Shown here piece after piece: positions 37,282 to 47,834 of a stretch of 64,000 nt of DNA (the stretch's first letter is position 1; every line of letters begins with the position of its first letter). The stretch is from NCBI GenBank assembly GCA_016187465.1, contig JACPJQ010000005.1, positions 163,183 to 227,182 on the forward strand, written 5' to 3'. Origin of the DNA: Candidatus Woesearchaeota archaeon (lineage in GTDB: Archaea; Nanobdellota; Nanobdellia; Woesearchaeales; GW2011-AR4). The position numbers and the translations under genes are program-made. The notes under the pieces were generated by a model. It searched no databases and was not told the origin of the DNA. It saw only the letters and a list, made by a program, of their open reading frames with translations.

Positions 37282-38540
37282 GTGTGCATTTTATGCTCTT
37301 TTGTGTAATAAACCAAAAATAGGCTTAACACCAAAAGAGTGCTTCCTATTAAGATATAGGCAATAGGCGCGCTCAGGAATTCTGCAAGCCACCCTATTAT
37401 GAAGTTTCCCAAAGAAGTCAATCCAAACCCGAGGAAAAGCGTGCTCAGGACCCTTCCGCGATATACGTCATCTGTCATAAGCTGCAAAATAGTATTGTTG
37501 GTTGCATTAAACGTTGAGAACGAAAAACCAAGCATGACAAGCAGGATTATAAAAATAAAAAGATAATTTGAAAGATAAATTGCCGCTATCCCGAAAAACA
37601 CCAGCAAAAAACCAAAACTAATAAACGAAAATATCATTGCTTTCTTTACTTTTTCCTTTGAGCGCACTCCAGAGAATAAGGATCCAACAAGAGCGCCTAT
37701 GCCTGCAATTGAAAACATATAGCCATAGCCTTTTGCGCCGATATGAAAGTAATCCTTTGCAAAAACCGGAAGCAAAGTTGTGTACGGCAGCCCAACTGCA
37801 ACCATGAGGAAAGAAAATAAAGCCACAGTAAAGATTATTTTATGGTTAAACACATAAACAGCGCCTTCCTTAATGCTTTGGGTTAAAGATTTTTTATGGT
37901 CTTTCATCTGTCTTGGAATTTTCATAATGTAAAGAGCCCATATGACAGCCAGAAAACTGACGGCATTAAGCAGCAATGCATATTTAATCCCTAAAGTCCC
38001 TACAATAAGCCCGCCAAGTGCAGGCCCCAAAACCAGCGTAAGCGTGAGTGAAGCCCCGTTTAAAGCTACCGCATTTACAAGTGCTTCTCTTGGAACTAAC
38101 TCAGATATTAGAGACTGTCTTATCGGCAGGTTAAAAGAGTTTGCAATGCCCTGCAATATTCCTATTGATATAAGGGGGTATACTGTTAATTTTCCAGAAA
38201 AAGCCAAAAATGCCAACACAAATGACAGAAGCATTGCAGTACTCTGAGAGTATAGCATAAGTTTTCTTCGCTCGTATTTATCAGCCAAAGCCCCGGCTAT
38301 CAAAGTGAAGAAAAGGATAGGCAATGACCTTGCCAGATTAAAAAGTCCAAGATAAAAAGGCGAGTTAGTCATTTCATAAACCAGCCAATTCAAAGCAACA
38401 ATCTCAAGAAAGTCCCCTGTGCTTGATATGACAGCGCCAGTCCAGAGCAATCTAAAGTTTCTGTACTTCAAAGAAGAAAACATAGCTTTGAATTTATTTT
38501 CTTTTTTCTCGATGGCGGCATTCATAACTAATGCAATCAA
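37278..38540 (-). CDS. MFS transporter (MFS_3-like)
   Basis: GALADKYERRK motif A; RGRV; 12 TM segments. Confidence 0.92.
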   Translation of the reverse strand: MIALVMNAAIEKKENKFKAMFSSLKYRNFRLLWTGAVISSTGDFLEIVALNWLVYEMTNSPFYLGLFNLARSLPILFFTLIAGALADKYERRKLMLYSQSTAMLLSFVLAFLAFSGKLTVYPLISIGILQGIANSFNLPIRQSLISELVPREALVNAVALNGASLTLTLVLGPALGGLIVGTLGIKYALLLNAVSFLAVIWALYIMKIPRQMKDHKKSLTQSIKEGAVYVFNHKIIFTVALFSFLMVAVGLPYTTLLPVFAKDYFHIGAKGYGYMFSIAGIGALVGSLFSGVRSKEKVKKAMIFSFISFGFLLVFFGIAAIYLSNYLFIFIILLVMLGFSFSTFNATNNTILQLMTDDVYRGRVLSTLFLGFGLTSLGNFIIGWLAEFLSAPIAYILIGSTLLVLSLFLVYYTKEHKMHT

Positions 38541-38613
38541 TGGTTAATTTAAATAAGTTGCTGAATAAAAAATAAGTAAATTTAAAAATATTCGAAATTG
38601 GGTGCTTGGCTGA

Positions 38614-39114
38614 ATGGACATTTTTGCACATAGCTTGTGGAGTTATGCAGTTTTCCACAAAAAGAAGTATGTTTGGCTGGCAATTTTGTTTGGAGTATTG
38701 CCGGATTTTCTTTCTTTTGGCATTCTGTTCATTATGAATTTGATTAATGGAAGCCTGAGGAGTGGACCTCCTTCACTAAGTTCGCTGCCTGACTGGCTTT
38801 TTGCTGCCTACAACATGACCCACAGCTTTGTGATATTTTTGCTGGTATTGTTCATTACATATCTGCTAACCAAAAAATGGTTTTGGCCTTTGACGGCTTG
38901 GGCGCTCCACATACTGATTGACATACCGACTCATTCATTCAGGTTTTTTCCCACCCCATTTTTATGGCCAATAACTGGCTACAAGTTTGACGGAATAAGC
39001 TGGGCAACTCCTTGGTTTATGATTTTGAATTACTCTGCCTTGATGATTGTGTTTATTTTGATTGCACATAACAGTGCTCAGGCGAATAAGGCAACAAAGT
39101 TTAAAAAACATTAG
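38614..39114 (+). CDS. Membrane-bound metal-dependent hydrolase (YdjM-like)
   Basis: AH, LPD, THS and HILIDIPTH motifs. Confidence 0.8.
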   Translation: MDIFAHSLWSYAVFHKKKYVWLAILFGVLPDFLSFGILFIMNLINGSLRSGPPSLSSLPDWLFAAYNMTHSFVIFLLVLFITYLLTKKWFWPLTAWALHILIDIPTHSFRFFPTPFLWPITGYKFDGISWATPWFMILNYSALMIVFILIAHNSAQANKATKFKKH

Positions 39115-39128
39115 AGGATTCTTATTTT

Positions 39129-39827
39129 ATGGACGAAATAGATAAATTGAGGGACGAATATGCCAGTAAAAAGGCAAAGATAGAGGAAAGGCTTGACCAA
39201 TTCCAGAAATTCTTTAACGAGCCTTATTCATGGTTTTACAGGGAAGGCAATTTGATTCTTCTTCCCGTTGAAAGGAAAGATGACGAGAGAATATTTGAGG
39301 AGTTGTGCTTCTGCATTTTTACTGCAAACACAAGCGCTGAGATGGGGGCAAGGGCAGTCGATGCTGTCAGGAGCGTCCTGACTGATGGCAGCGCAGAGGA
39401 AATGACAAGAAGGCTTGAAGGTGTTTATCGCTTCAACAACGTAAGGCCGGCTCACATAGTCCACACAAGAAACTACTTGAAAGATTCATTTAATTTCCAA
39501 TTAAAGAGCAAGATAAAATCCTTTAAAGACAAAAATGAGTTGAGGGATTTTTTTGCATTGAAGAAGGATATTAAAGGACTTGGAATGAAAGAAGCATCTC
39601 ATTTCCTGAGGAACATTGGATTTAAGGGGTATGCGATTCTTGACAAGCACATAATAAATTCAATGTGTGAATTTGGTATTTTAAAATCCAATGACAAGCC
39701 GAAAAAACCAAAAGAATACCTTGAGATTGAGAAAAAATTCATAGATTTCTCAAAACAAGTTGGAATTGACATGGATGAATTGGATTTGCTGCTCTGGAGC
39801 AGAAAAAACGGAAGGATTTTGAAATGA
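39129..39827 (+). CDS. ogg: 8-oxoguanine DNA glycosylase/AP lyase (archaeal Ogg)
   Basis: ELCFCIFTAN, KGLGMKEASHFLRN, AILDKHI, LDLLLW. Confidence 0.93.
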   Translation: MDEIDKLRDEYASKKAKIEERLDQFQKFFNEPYSWFYREGNLILLPVERKDDERIFEELCFCIFTANTSAEMGARAVDAVRSVLTDGSAEEMTRRLEGVYRFNNVRPAHIVHTRNYLKDSFNFQLKSKIKSFKDKNELRDFFALKKDIKGLGMKEASHFLRNIGFKGYAILDKHIINSMCEFGILKSNDKPKKPKEYLEIEKKFIDFSKQVGIDMDELDLLLWSRKNGRILK

Positions 39828-40963
39828 ATATTAGAAAGGCAAAATTAGCAGACGCACAAACCATCAGTAAAATTATGTGCGACACAATTAAATATTCCAA
39901 CAGCAAAGATTACACTCCAAATCAAATAAAAGTTTGGTTAAATACTAATAATGTTGCAAAAGTTAAGGAACGGATTAAAAATCCCGATAAGGTAACTTTT
40001 ATTATCCTTGATGATAATAAAATTGTTGGAACATCAACCCTGAACTTAAAGGAAAGAGAATTAGGTTCTCTATACGTTAAACATAGGGTTCACAGCAAAG
40101 GCATTGGGACAAAATTGCTAGAATTTGTCGAGAATTTTGCTGAAAAGAAAAAATTCGAGAAATTGATGTTAGGTTCTACGTTGACATCACTTGGCTTTTA
40201 TAAAAATAGGGGTTATAAAATTATAAATAAGAAGCATAATGTAGTTATTGATGGTATAAAAATACCAACAATTGTAATGTCAAAAAAAATTATACAAAAT
40301 ATGCCGAAAATAAAAAACATTGGCAAAATAATAACTTTATTAAAAAAAGAAGTCAAGGATTTTGAAAATCCTGTTGTCTCAAAAATAGGCGAGATACAGA
40401 AAGACCCATTTAAGGTCTTGATTTCTTGTATATTGAGTCTAAGAACACAGGATAAAACAACAGGGCATGTTGCCTTAAAACTTTTTGAAGCAGCTGATAA
40501 TCCCAAAAAACTGGCTGATATGCCCCTAAAAAGAATACAAAAGATCATAAAGCCGGTAAACTACTATATTACTAAATCCAATCGAATAAAAGAAATATCA
40601 AAAACTTTGATTAAAAAGTACAAAGGAAAAGTGCCAGACGCATTTGAAGAATTGATGAAATTGAAGGGTGTCGGCAAGAAAACTGCTGCAATAACAATGG
40701 TGTACGGCCATCAAAAAGCAGATTATATACCAACTGACACACATGTCCATGTTATCAGTAACCGGTTAGGCTGGGTAAAAACCAAAAATGCCGAGCAGAC
40801 AATGGATGAGTTAATGAAAGTCGTGCCGAAAAAATACTGGCATGATTTAAATGATTTGATGGTATTGCATGGGCAGAATGTTTGCATTACCCTGTCTCCA
40901 TTTTGCTCCAAATGCGGGATAAATCAGTATTGCCCGAGAATTGGAGTGACCAGAAGCCGCTGA
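39824..40963 (+). CDS. nth: GNAT acetyltransferase fused to endonuclease III
   Basis: N-terminal GNAT (LYV..KGIGTKLL, GFYKNRGY); C-terminal HhH LKGVGKKTA, DTHV and 4Fe-4S Cx6Cx2Cx5C. Confidence 0.85.
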   Translation: MNIRKAKLADAQTISKIMCDTIKYSNSKDYTPNQIKVWLNTNNVAKVKERIKNPDKVTFIILDDNKIVGTSTLNLKERELGSLYVKHRVHSKGIGTKLLEFVENFAEKKKFEKLMLGSTLTSLGFYKNRGYKIINKKHNVVIDGIKIPTIVMSKKIIQNMPKIKNIGKIITLLKKEVKDFENPVVSKIGEIQKDPFKVLISCILSLRTQDKTTGHVALKLFEAADNPKKLADMPLKRIQKIIKPVNYYITKSNRIKEISKTLIKKYKGKVPDAFEELMKLKGVGKKTAAITMVYGHQKADYIPTDTHVHVISNRLGWVKTKNAEQTMDELMKVVPKKYWHDLNDLMVLHGQNVCITLSPFCSKCGINQYCPRIGVTRSR

Positions 40964-41005
40964 TTTTTAGAAAATTATATATACCAATATAAAAAAGAAA
41001 ATACC

Positions 41006-42019
41006 ATGCCTAAAAGTTTTAAAATAGCCTTTTTTGAGCTTGAGCCCTGGGAAAAAGAACATTTTATAAAAAACTTAAAAAATTGTGAGATGCAGTTTAT
41101 TGATGAGTATTTAAATGAGAGCAACGCAATCCAAATAAAAGATGCCGATGCAATCGGAATTTTTGTCTATTCTGTTGTCAATAAAGAAGTATTGGACAAT
41201 CTTCCAAATCTTAAATTAATTGCTACTTTATCAACCGGCTTCGACCATATTGATTTAGTTGAATGCAGAAAAAGAGGGATGACTGTTTGCAACGTGCCTC
41301 ATTACGGCGAAAACACAGTTGCAGAGCATACTTTTGCTTTAATCCTGAATTTGACTAGGAAGATCCATAAGGCCTATGAGAGAACCACAAAAGGCGATTT
41401 CTCCCTTGATGGACTGAGAGGAATTGATTTGCAGGGCAAGACTCTCGGAGTTGTGGGAACCGGAAGCATCGGCCAGCATGTAATAAGAATTGCAAAAGGC
41501 TTTGAGATGAATGTTATCGCTTTTGACAAGTATAAAATGCTGAAATTGGCAAGAAATCTTGGGTTCAGATACGTGACATTTGATAATTTGTTAAAAAATT
41601 CAGATATTGTAACGGTTCACGTGCCTTACGACAAATCGACCCACCACCTTATCAGCGATAATTCTATTTCAAAGATGAAAAAAGGCGTTTTGATAATAAA
41701 CACTGCAAGGGGCGGCATAATTGACACAGCTGCGCTGCTTGAGGCTGTAAAATCCGGCAAAATTGCAGGGGCCGGGCTTGATGTTCTTGAGGAGGAATGC
41801 TTTATCAAGGAGGAAAAGCAGATATTGTCTCAGCATTTTCTTAAGGAATGCGACTTAAAAACAGTCCTTCAAAACCATATGCTACTGAAGCAGGAAAATG
41901 TCATAATAACCCCCCATAACGCTTTTAACAGCTGGGAAGCCCTGCACAGGATTCTTGATACAACAATCCTGAACATCATCTCGTTCTTGAAGAAAAAACC
42001 GGTTAATATAGTAAGATAA
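41006..42019 (+). CDS. D-2-hydroxyacid (D-lactate-type) dehydrogenase
   Basis: STGFDHID, VAEH, GTGSIG, INTARG, LDVLEEE, ITPH. Confidence 0.92.
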   Translation: MPKSFKIAFFELEPWEKEHFIKNLKNCEMQFIDEYLNESNAIQIKDADAIGIFVYSVVNKEVLDNLPNLKLIATLSTGFDHIDLVECRKRGMTVCNVPHYGENTVAEHTFALILNLTRKIHKAYERTTKGDFSLDGLRGIDLQGKTLGVVGTGSIGQHVIRIAKGFEMNVIAFDKYKMLKLARNLGFRYVTFDNLLKNSDIVTVHVPYDKSTHHLISDNSISKMKKGVLIINTARGGIIDTAALLEAVKSGKIAGAGLDVLEEECFIKEEKQILSQHFLKECDLKTVLQNHMLLKQENVIITPHNAFNSWEALHRILDTTILNIISFLKKKPVNIVR

Positions 42020-43288
42020 TTAAATCCCAACTCCCTGGAAAATCACTTGGTAAAGTAAATAAGCATTAAAACCTAAAATTACAATTGAAAAAATAACTGC
42101 AAATACATTTGTGATTTTTTTATTTACCAGTTCTTTCATAATATCCTTATTTGAAGTGTAAATAATCAATGGTATTAAAGGCAGTGGAATAAGCAAGCTT
42201 AATGCGACTTGGCTTAAAACAAGTATTCTTAACGGTTCTATGCCAAGTATAACTGCAATAGTGACTGGTATGATATTAATGAATCTTGTTATGACCCTTC
42301 TTAGCCATAGTGGTATTCTAAATCCTGTTAAGCCGTCCATAACTGATTGCCCTGCTAATGTGCCTGTGACTGAAGAAGAGACTCCGGAAGAAAGCAGTGC
42401 CAATGCAAATACAAATGCGGCAAAATTTCCAAATAAAGGTATTAAAGTTTTATATGCCTGGTCGAGAGTCGCCACAGGTATTCCGGCTTTGTGAAAAGCA
42501 GCTGCTGACATAATTATAATCGCTGCATTAATTAAACCAGCAATAGTCAAAGAAACTACATTGTCTATTAAATGATATTTTAAAGTTTTCAGTTTGCTTC
42601 CGAAATTTGCATTAATTATCTTATTTTTAATGAGCCACGAATGGACAAACAAAGCATGCGGCATGACTGTTGCTCCTATGATGCCAACTGCAATCAAAGC
42701 GCTCTCTTTTGTCAGTATAGGCTTCACAGAATGCAAAAGAATTGACGACATATCCGGCTTTGTGATAAAAAGCTCATACACATAGCCCAAGCCGATTATA
42801 GATACAAATATAATAAATGACTGCTCCAAAGTCCTGAATCTTTTTTGAGTTAGTAACAGGATAAGCAGAACATCAGCAACTGCAATGTAAGTGCCCCACA
42901 GCAACGGAATCCCGAAAAGCAAATTCAAAGCAACAACAATTCCGAGAAATTCCGCCAAGTCAGTAGCCAAAATAACTATTTCGGCCAAAATCCAGTACGA
43001 AAGCACAAGCCATTTCTTTTTTAGCTTTTCCTTTACCAGTTCTGGCAAAGAATAGCCTGCAATTCCCAGCTTTCCAGATAAATATTGGAAAAGCATTGCC
43101 ATTCCGGAAGCCAGCCATACAACCCAAAGCAAGTCATAATTGAAAGAGGCTCCTCCGCTGATGTCAGTTCCCCAGTTACCTGGATCCATATAAGCAGTAC
43201 TTACAATTAATCCAGAGCCCATAAACGCCAAAAGTTTTCTGTCAGAAAATATTTTAAAATAATTCATAAATTTTTGAAAGATAGCCAT
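42020..43288 (-). CDS. mntH: NRAMP divalent metal transporter
   Basis: YMDPGN, GATVMPH, GTLAGQ motifs. Confidence 0.95.
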   Translation of the reverse strand: MAIFQKFMNYFKIFSDRKLLAFMGSGLIVSTAYMDPGNWGTDISGGASFNYDLLWVVWLASGMAMLFQYLSGKLGIAGYSLPELVKEKLKKKWLVLSYWILAEIVILATDLAEFLGIVVALNLLFGIPLLWGTYIAVADVLLILLLTQKRFRTLEQSFIIFVSIIGLGYVYELFITKPDMSSILLHSVKPILTKESALIAVGIIGATVMPHALFVHSWLIKNKIINANFGSKLKTLKYHLIDNVVSLTIAGLINAAIIIMSAAAFHKAGIPVATLDQAYKTLIPLFGNFAAFVFALALLSSGVSSSVTGTLAGQSVMDGLTGFRIPLWLRRVITRFINIIPVTIAVILGIEPLRILVLSQVALSLLIPLPLIPLIIYTSNKDIMKELVNKKITNVFAVIFSIVILGFNAYLLYQVIFQGVGI

Positions 43289-43297
43289 TTTATTCCT

Positions 43298-44512
43298 TCA
43301 ACCCAAAACCAAGAATCCTGTAGCATACATTATCAAAAGTCCAGCTAAAAAGCCAAGGACATTTGCTATCGTAAAAAGAGAGAGCCATCTTCCTTTTGCC
43401 ATGTAATGCATTATGTCATATGCAACATCAAAAATTGCGCCTGCCCCAATTGAAAGAAACAATACAGCCAATACAGGAGAATACGCAAATCCCCCTACGA
43501 CTGCGCCGATTATTGTAGGCGCTCCCGCCAGTAATCCCATTATAATGAGATGAAAATAGAAATTGCCCACTTGCCTTACGAATCTGGTCAATGGGGCAAC
43601 TATTGCAACTCCCTCAGTAACATTGTGAATCATAAATCCAATCACAAGCAGGCTTCCTAATGCAACCTCCCCAACTGCGTATGCGCTTCCTATTGCAAGC
43701 CCTTCGCCTAGATTATGCAATCCTATCCCAAGTGCAATCAAATAACCAAAAATTAAAGCTTGAAAATGTTCGCCTTTAATTTGCCTGTGGTGCTCTGACT
43801 TGTAGCTTATCGCAGATAGCGTGAGTACAGCAAGAGTAAAGCCGATTAGTATAATTCCGGTTCCGTTATACGCGCTTGGTATTATTTCCAAAAGATCAAA
43901 TGACTCTGCAAGAGCATCAAACCCAAGGAATATAAGCAATCCGACAGTCAAAGCAAGCAAAAAGCCGTACCATCTTTCCTTTAGCATTCTCAAAAACGGA
44001 AGCCAGAGCAATCCAAGCAGGACTGGAATAACACCCACATAAATTCCAAGCAGCGCAAATGTTTTTAGGTAAAAACTGTTAAATACGGGTGTTATAGAAG
44101 CAACTTCAATTTCTTTTTCAAAAACAACGCCATTTCTTGAGATTAGTTTTATTACTTCCGCATCCCCTTCAAGCCAAGGATAGTCAATACCAATCAGTCC
44201 CTTGTCAAGCGGATTAAGGGTATTGCTTGGAAACATTGCAAATTTCCAGTATGCATCGTTTACAAGAACCTGCGCAATTGTAACCGGCTCAGGCCCGTCA
44301 TTGAAAACTTCAACGCTTATATGCTCAGGGGAAAAAACAACCCTTTGGATAAATACCTTTTCAATAGGAACTATGTTTGACTTGAATACGCCAAGCGGCC
44401 CGAATTTGACAAAAATCAATAATAAAATTCCAACCAGTATAAGAGGCAGCAATGCCTTTGTCCAGAATTTTATCCTGCCGGCACTTTGGGCAATGGGATT
44501 TTTATCTTCCAT
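43298..44512 (-). CDS. ZIP-family metal transporter with extracellular N-terminal domain
   Basis: GLHNLGEGLAIG and IHNVTEG; start likely ATG 44512. Confidence 0.88.
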   Translation of the reverse strand: MEDKNPIAQSAGRIKFWTKALLPLILVGILLLIFVKFGPLGVFKSNIVPIEKVFIQRVVFSPEHISVEVFNDGPEPVTIAQVLVNDAYWKFAMFPSNTLNPLDKGLIGIDYPWLEGDAEVIKLISRNGVVFEKEIEVASITPVFNSFYLKTFALLGIYVGVIPVLLGLLWLPFLRMLKERWYGFLLALTVGLLIFLGFDALAESFDLLEIIPSAYNGTGIILIGFTLAVLTLSAISYKSEHHRQIKGEHFQALIFGYLIALGIGLHNLGEGLAIGSAYAVGEVALGSLLVIGFMIHNVTEGVAIVAPLTRFVRQVGNFYFHLIIMGLLAGAPTIIGAVVGGFAYSPVLAVLFLSIGAGAIFDVAYDIMHYMAKGRWLSLFTIANVLGFLAGLLIMYATGFLVLG

Positions 44513-44513
44513 T

Positions 44514-45665
44514 TTAATCTGCCACCTCGAAGAATCCCATCCAGCCGAGCTCTGTGAATTCAGATACATGGGCATGGAACATGTACATTCCGGGATATTT
44601 GAACCTTACATCAAGAATGCTTCTTTCCCCCTGCGCCAATGAAATTATGTCCGTATAAGTATGTGGTTTCTGGTTTGTCCCAGTCCCATACTCATCAAAG
44701 AAAGTTGCATGAAGATGGAATGAATTTATAGGGTCGAATTCTACAATATTAATCAAGTAGATTCTTATTAATTCATCTTTCTTTACTTTAATTGGATTCA
44801 ATGTGTAGTAAAATGCTTTTGTATTGACTGCGTAAACTTCATTTTCCCCGTCCAGGTTTGTGTCAAAAGCATTCATCACCATAACAAGCTCCTTATTGGG
44901 CTTTGGCCTTGTATCGTTTTTAGGGTCTACAATGTAAGCACCATACAGGCCTTTGGAGATATGCTGTTTTAGCGGAACAGAATGGCAATGGAATAAATGA
45001 ACACCAAAAGGATCGGCATCAAATTCATAAGTGAAATTCTGCCCGGGATAAACAAAATCTTCAGGCATAGAGCCATCCATGCTCGAAGGATGAAATCCGT
45101 GAAAATGCATCGTATGGGGTTTAGTTCCTTTATTTTCAAAATGAATTCTGATCCTATCTCCTTCTGTCGCCCTTATTGTTGGTGCCGGAACCTGCCCGTT
45201 ATATGTCCATGCTGGAAAGAAAACTCCAGGAGCAATTTCAATTTCCTTGTCTTCCGCATAAATCCAGTATTCCCTTAGCAAACTCCCGTCAGCGCGTTTT
45301 GTTTCTCTGTAATATTTGCTTCTTTCATTTGCTGGAAGATGGTTATAATTCCATGTTGAAAGGTATTCTATTGGGTCAAAATCATTTGAAGGGTAGCTTC
45401 CAACAATTCCGACTTTTTCCTGTGCTGTCCTCTGGGCATCCCTGTGAGATGATTGGAGTTTCTTAAATGATTCCATGCATTCCGGATCTGTTGCAGATGG
45501 TTGCGTGCAATGGCTTGCAGCTTCCTTCATTTTATCAAACTCTGTCTCGGCTTTTACGTCTTTTGCTGAAATCTTGAAGATTGCAAACCCAAAAATTAGA
45601 ATTAAAGCTACAGCTAATGGAATCTTAGCATGCTGCATTATTCCGGTTAATCTTGATTTTTCCAT
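44514..45665 (-). CDS. Two-domain multicopper oxidase (small laccase/NirK-like), membrane-anchored
   Basis: HTMHFHG, FHCH...HISKGL, FHLH, FHAH; start likely ATG 45665. Confidence 0.88.
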   Translation of the reverse strand: MEKSRLTGIMQHAKIPLAVALILIFGFAIFKISAKDVKAETEFDKMKEAASHCTQPSATDPECMESFKKLQSSHRDAQRTAQEKVGIVGSYPSNDFDPIEYLSTWNYNHLPANERSKYYRETKRADGSLLREYWIYAEDKEIEIAPGVFFPAWTYNGQVPAPTIRATEGDRIRIHFENKGTKPHTMHFHGFHPSSMDGSMPEDFVYPGQNFTYEFDADPFGVHLFHCHSVPLKQHISKGLYGAYIVDPKNDTRPKPNKELVMVMNAFDTNLDGENEVYAVNTKAFYYTLNPIKVKKDELIRIYLINIVEFDPINSFHLHATFFDEYGTGTNQKPHTYTDIISLAQGERSILDVRFKYPGMYMFHAHVSEFTELGWMGFFEVAD

Positions 45666-45675
45666 TTTGGCAGAA

Positions 45676-46074
45676 TTAAAGCGGTATTGGCTTTCCGTGA
45701 GGGTCTGTTTTCGGGTTGCCAAGCAGTTTTCTTATTTTGGCTATTGATTCATCGCTGAAAGCATGCTCCAGCCTGTGAGCTTCCTGGTGTATATTCTTTG
45801 AGTTTATCTTTAACGTGTTTTTCAAGAACAGCTCTATCAATCGGTGCTTTGATGTCAGTTTTTTAGCCATTCTCCGCCCTTTCGCTGTAAACATCAGTCT
45901 TGAGTATTTCTTGTGCGTTACAAGGCCGTCTTTATTGAGTTCCCTAATCATTTCAGACACACTAGGCTTTGAAACATTAAGGTAATGCGCCAAATCGATG
46001 GATTTCATGTACCTTTTTTCTTCTTCCAGGATATATAACCCCCTCAGGTAGTCTTCTTTATTAGGAGTGAACAT
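45676..46074 (-). CDS. DtxR/MntR-family metal-dependent repressor
   Basis: EDYL, VSKPSVSEM, KHRLIELFL, EAHRLEH, DPHGKPIP. Confidence 0.95.
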   Translation of the reverse strand: MFTPNKEDYLRGLYILEEEKRYMKSIDLAHYLNVSKPSVSEMIRELNKDGLVTHKKYSRLMFTAKGRRMAKKLTSKHRLIELFLKNTLKINSKNIHQEAHRLEHAFSDESIAKIRKLLGNPKTDPHGKPIPL

Positions 46075-46077
46075 AGA

Positions 46078-46097
46078 AAGTTAGGTTAGCCTAACTT
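46078..46097. promoter_or_regulatory. DtxR/IdeR-type operator
   Basis: Palindrome AAGTTAGGTTAGCCTAACTT lying between the TATA box and the ATG of the DtxR-family gene. Confidence 0.9.
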
Positions 46098-46141
46098 ATA
46101 TATAAGCGTTTCTGTTTAAGCCTGTTATTGATATTGATTGA

Positions 46142-46237
46142 TTAAAAATTCCAATCACAGCAAGCTGTGGGGATTTTTAAGCCTCAAATTGAGTTGCTGA
46201 TATCGCAGCAAGCTGCGGAGTATGAACTCAATTTGAG
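46142..46237. repeat. Two adjacent REP-like stem-loops
   Basis: Shared core C(A/G)CAGC-AA-GCTG(T/C)G; 13-bp perfect arms CTCAAATTGAGTT/AACTCAATTTGAG. Confidence 0.65.
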
Positions 46238-46278
46238 CAATCAAAAATGTTATAAATACCAAAACCTGCCTGATTAAA

Positions 46279-47772
46279 ATGAAGCACGGAGTAAACTGGT
46301 TTGAGTGGAGCAAGGAATCTTTTGAAAAAGCTGAGAAGAGTGATAAACCTATCTTGCTTGATTTAACAGCGGTGTGGTGCCATTGGTGCCATGTAATGGA
46401 CTCTACATCCTATTCAAATTATGAAGTAATTGAGATAATCAACCAGGATTTCGTGCCAATTAAGGTATATATTGATAAAAGGCCAGATATAAGGGACAGG
46501 TACAACATGGGAGGCTTTCCTTCAACAGTTTTTCTGACGCCTGAAGGCGATATCATAGCGGGCGAAACTTTTGTGCCGCCCGAAAGGCTCAAGCTTCTGC
46601 TTGAAGCTGTTAAAAGTGGTTATAAAAATAAGAAATTGGAATTCAAAAAAAAGGTTATCGGTGTAAACGAAAATGTGCATAAGAGGGAAGATATTAAAAC
46701 AAAAGTAAATGAGGACATCGTCAAAAAAGTTCTGCTGTTGATGGAAGATAATTTTGATAATGCCTATGGCGGATTTGGCATACAGCCAAAATTTCCTGTT
46801 CCAGAAGTCATTGATTTGCTATTTCTTCAATATCTAAAAACCGCTAATGAAAGATATCTTGATATTGCATTAAAAACTCTCGATGGAATGCACGAAGGTT
46901 TATACGACAAAATAGACTTTGGATTTTTTCGCTACTCTGTCACGCAAGACTGGAAAATGCCGCATTATGAAAAAATGCTGGATACAAATGCTGGCTTGCT
47001 TAGAAACTATGCGACTGCATTCTATATAACAAAAAATGATAAATATAGAAGAGTAGCAAGTGAGATTATAAGTTACATAAATAATTCCTTATCTAATCAG
47101 AAAAAAGGCGGCTTTTACGGCTCACAGGATGCTGACGAGGAATTCTACAATTTAAAATTTGAAGAAAGGAAAACAAGAAAACAACCATATGTTGATAAAA
47201 CACTTTATGTTGATTGGAATGCAATGATGATATCTTCCTATATAAAATACGGAACAATATTGAATGACAGCAAAGCAATTGAATTTGCAATAAAAACAAT
47301 TGAGTTTATTTTAGAAAAATGCTATGATAAGGATAAAGGGTTGTGCCATTTTTTTGATGGAACGCCAAATGCAGACGGGTTACTGGCAGATAATATGTAT
47401 TTTTTAAACTCCTTGGTTGATGCATACTTTACAGCCAGGAGTAAAAAACATCTTGAGAGGATAAGAGAAATTGCAGAGTTTATTTTAAAAAATTTTTACG
47501 ATAATAAAAATCACGGTTTTTTTGATAGGATGTTAAAGAAAGAGGATGTTGGCATATTGAAGTACGGGAAAAAGGCATTTTTGGAAAATTCCTTTTGTGC
47601 GATTGTTTTTTTGAGGTTGTATTCTTTGACTAAGGAAGCTAAGCATAAGCAAGCTGCGGAAAGTACATTGTTATATTTTTTTGATAGTTATTTGAATTTC
47701 GGCTATTTTGCAGCTACGTATGCAGTTGCTGTGGACATGCTGGTAAACAATGGTATAAAGATTAAACCGTAA
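46279..47772 (+). CDS. YyaL/DUF255 thioredoxin-domain protein
   Basis: VNWFEW, WCHWCHVM, RPD, GFFRYS, PHYEKML. Confidence 0.92.
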   Translation: MKHGVNWFEWSKESFEKAEKSDKPILLDLTAVWCHWCHVMDSTSYSNYEVIEIINQDFVPIKVYIDKRPDIRDRYNMGGFPSTVFLTPEGDIIAGETFVPPERLKLLLEAVKSGYKNKKLEFKKKVIGVNENVHKREDIKTKVNEDIVKKVLLLMEDNFDNAYGGFGIQPKFPVPEVIDLLFLQYLKTANERYLDIALKTLDGMHEGLYDKIDFGFFRYSVTQDWKMPHYEKMLDTNAGLLRNYATAFYITKNDKYRRVASEIISYINNSLSNQKKGGFYGSQDADEEFYNLKFEERKTRKQPYVDKTLYVDWNAMMISSYIKYGTILNDSKAIEFAIKTIEFILEKCYDKDKGLCHFFDGTPNADGLLADNMYFLNSLVDAYFTARSKKHLERIREIAEFILKNFYDNKNHGFFDRMLKKEDVGILKYGKKAFLENSFCAIVFLRLYSLTKEAKHKQAAESTLLYFFDSYLNFGYFAATYAVAVDMLVNNGIKIKP

Positions 47773-47834
47773 GAAGTGCAGTAATTAATAAATTAGCCAA
47801 AAACTTAATAAATAGCTTCCAAATCACATTATGT

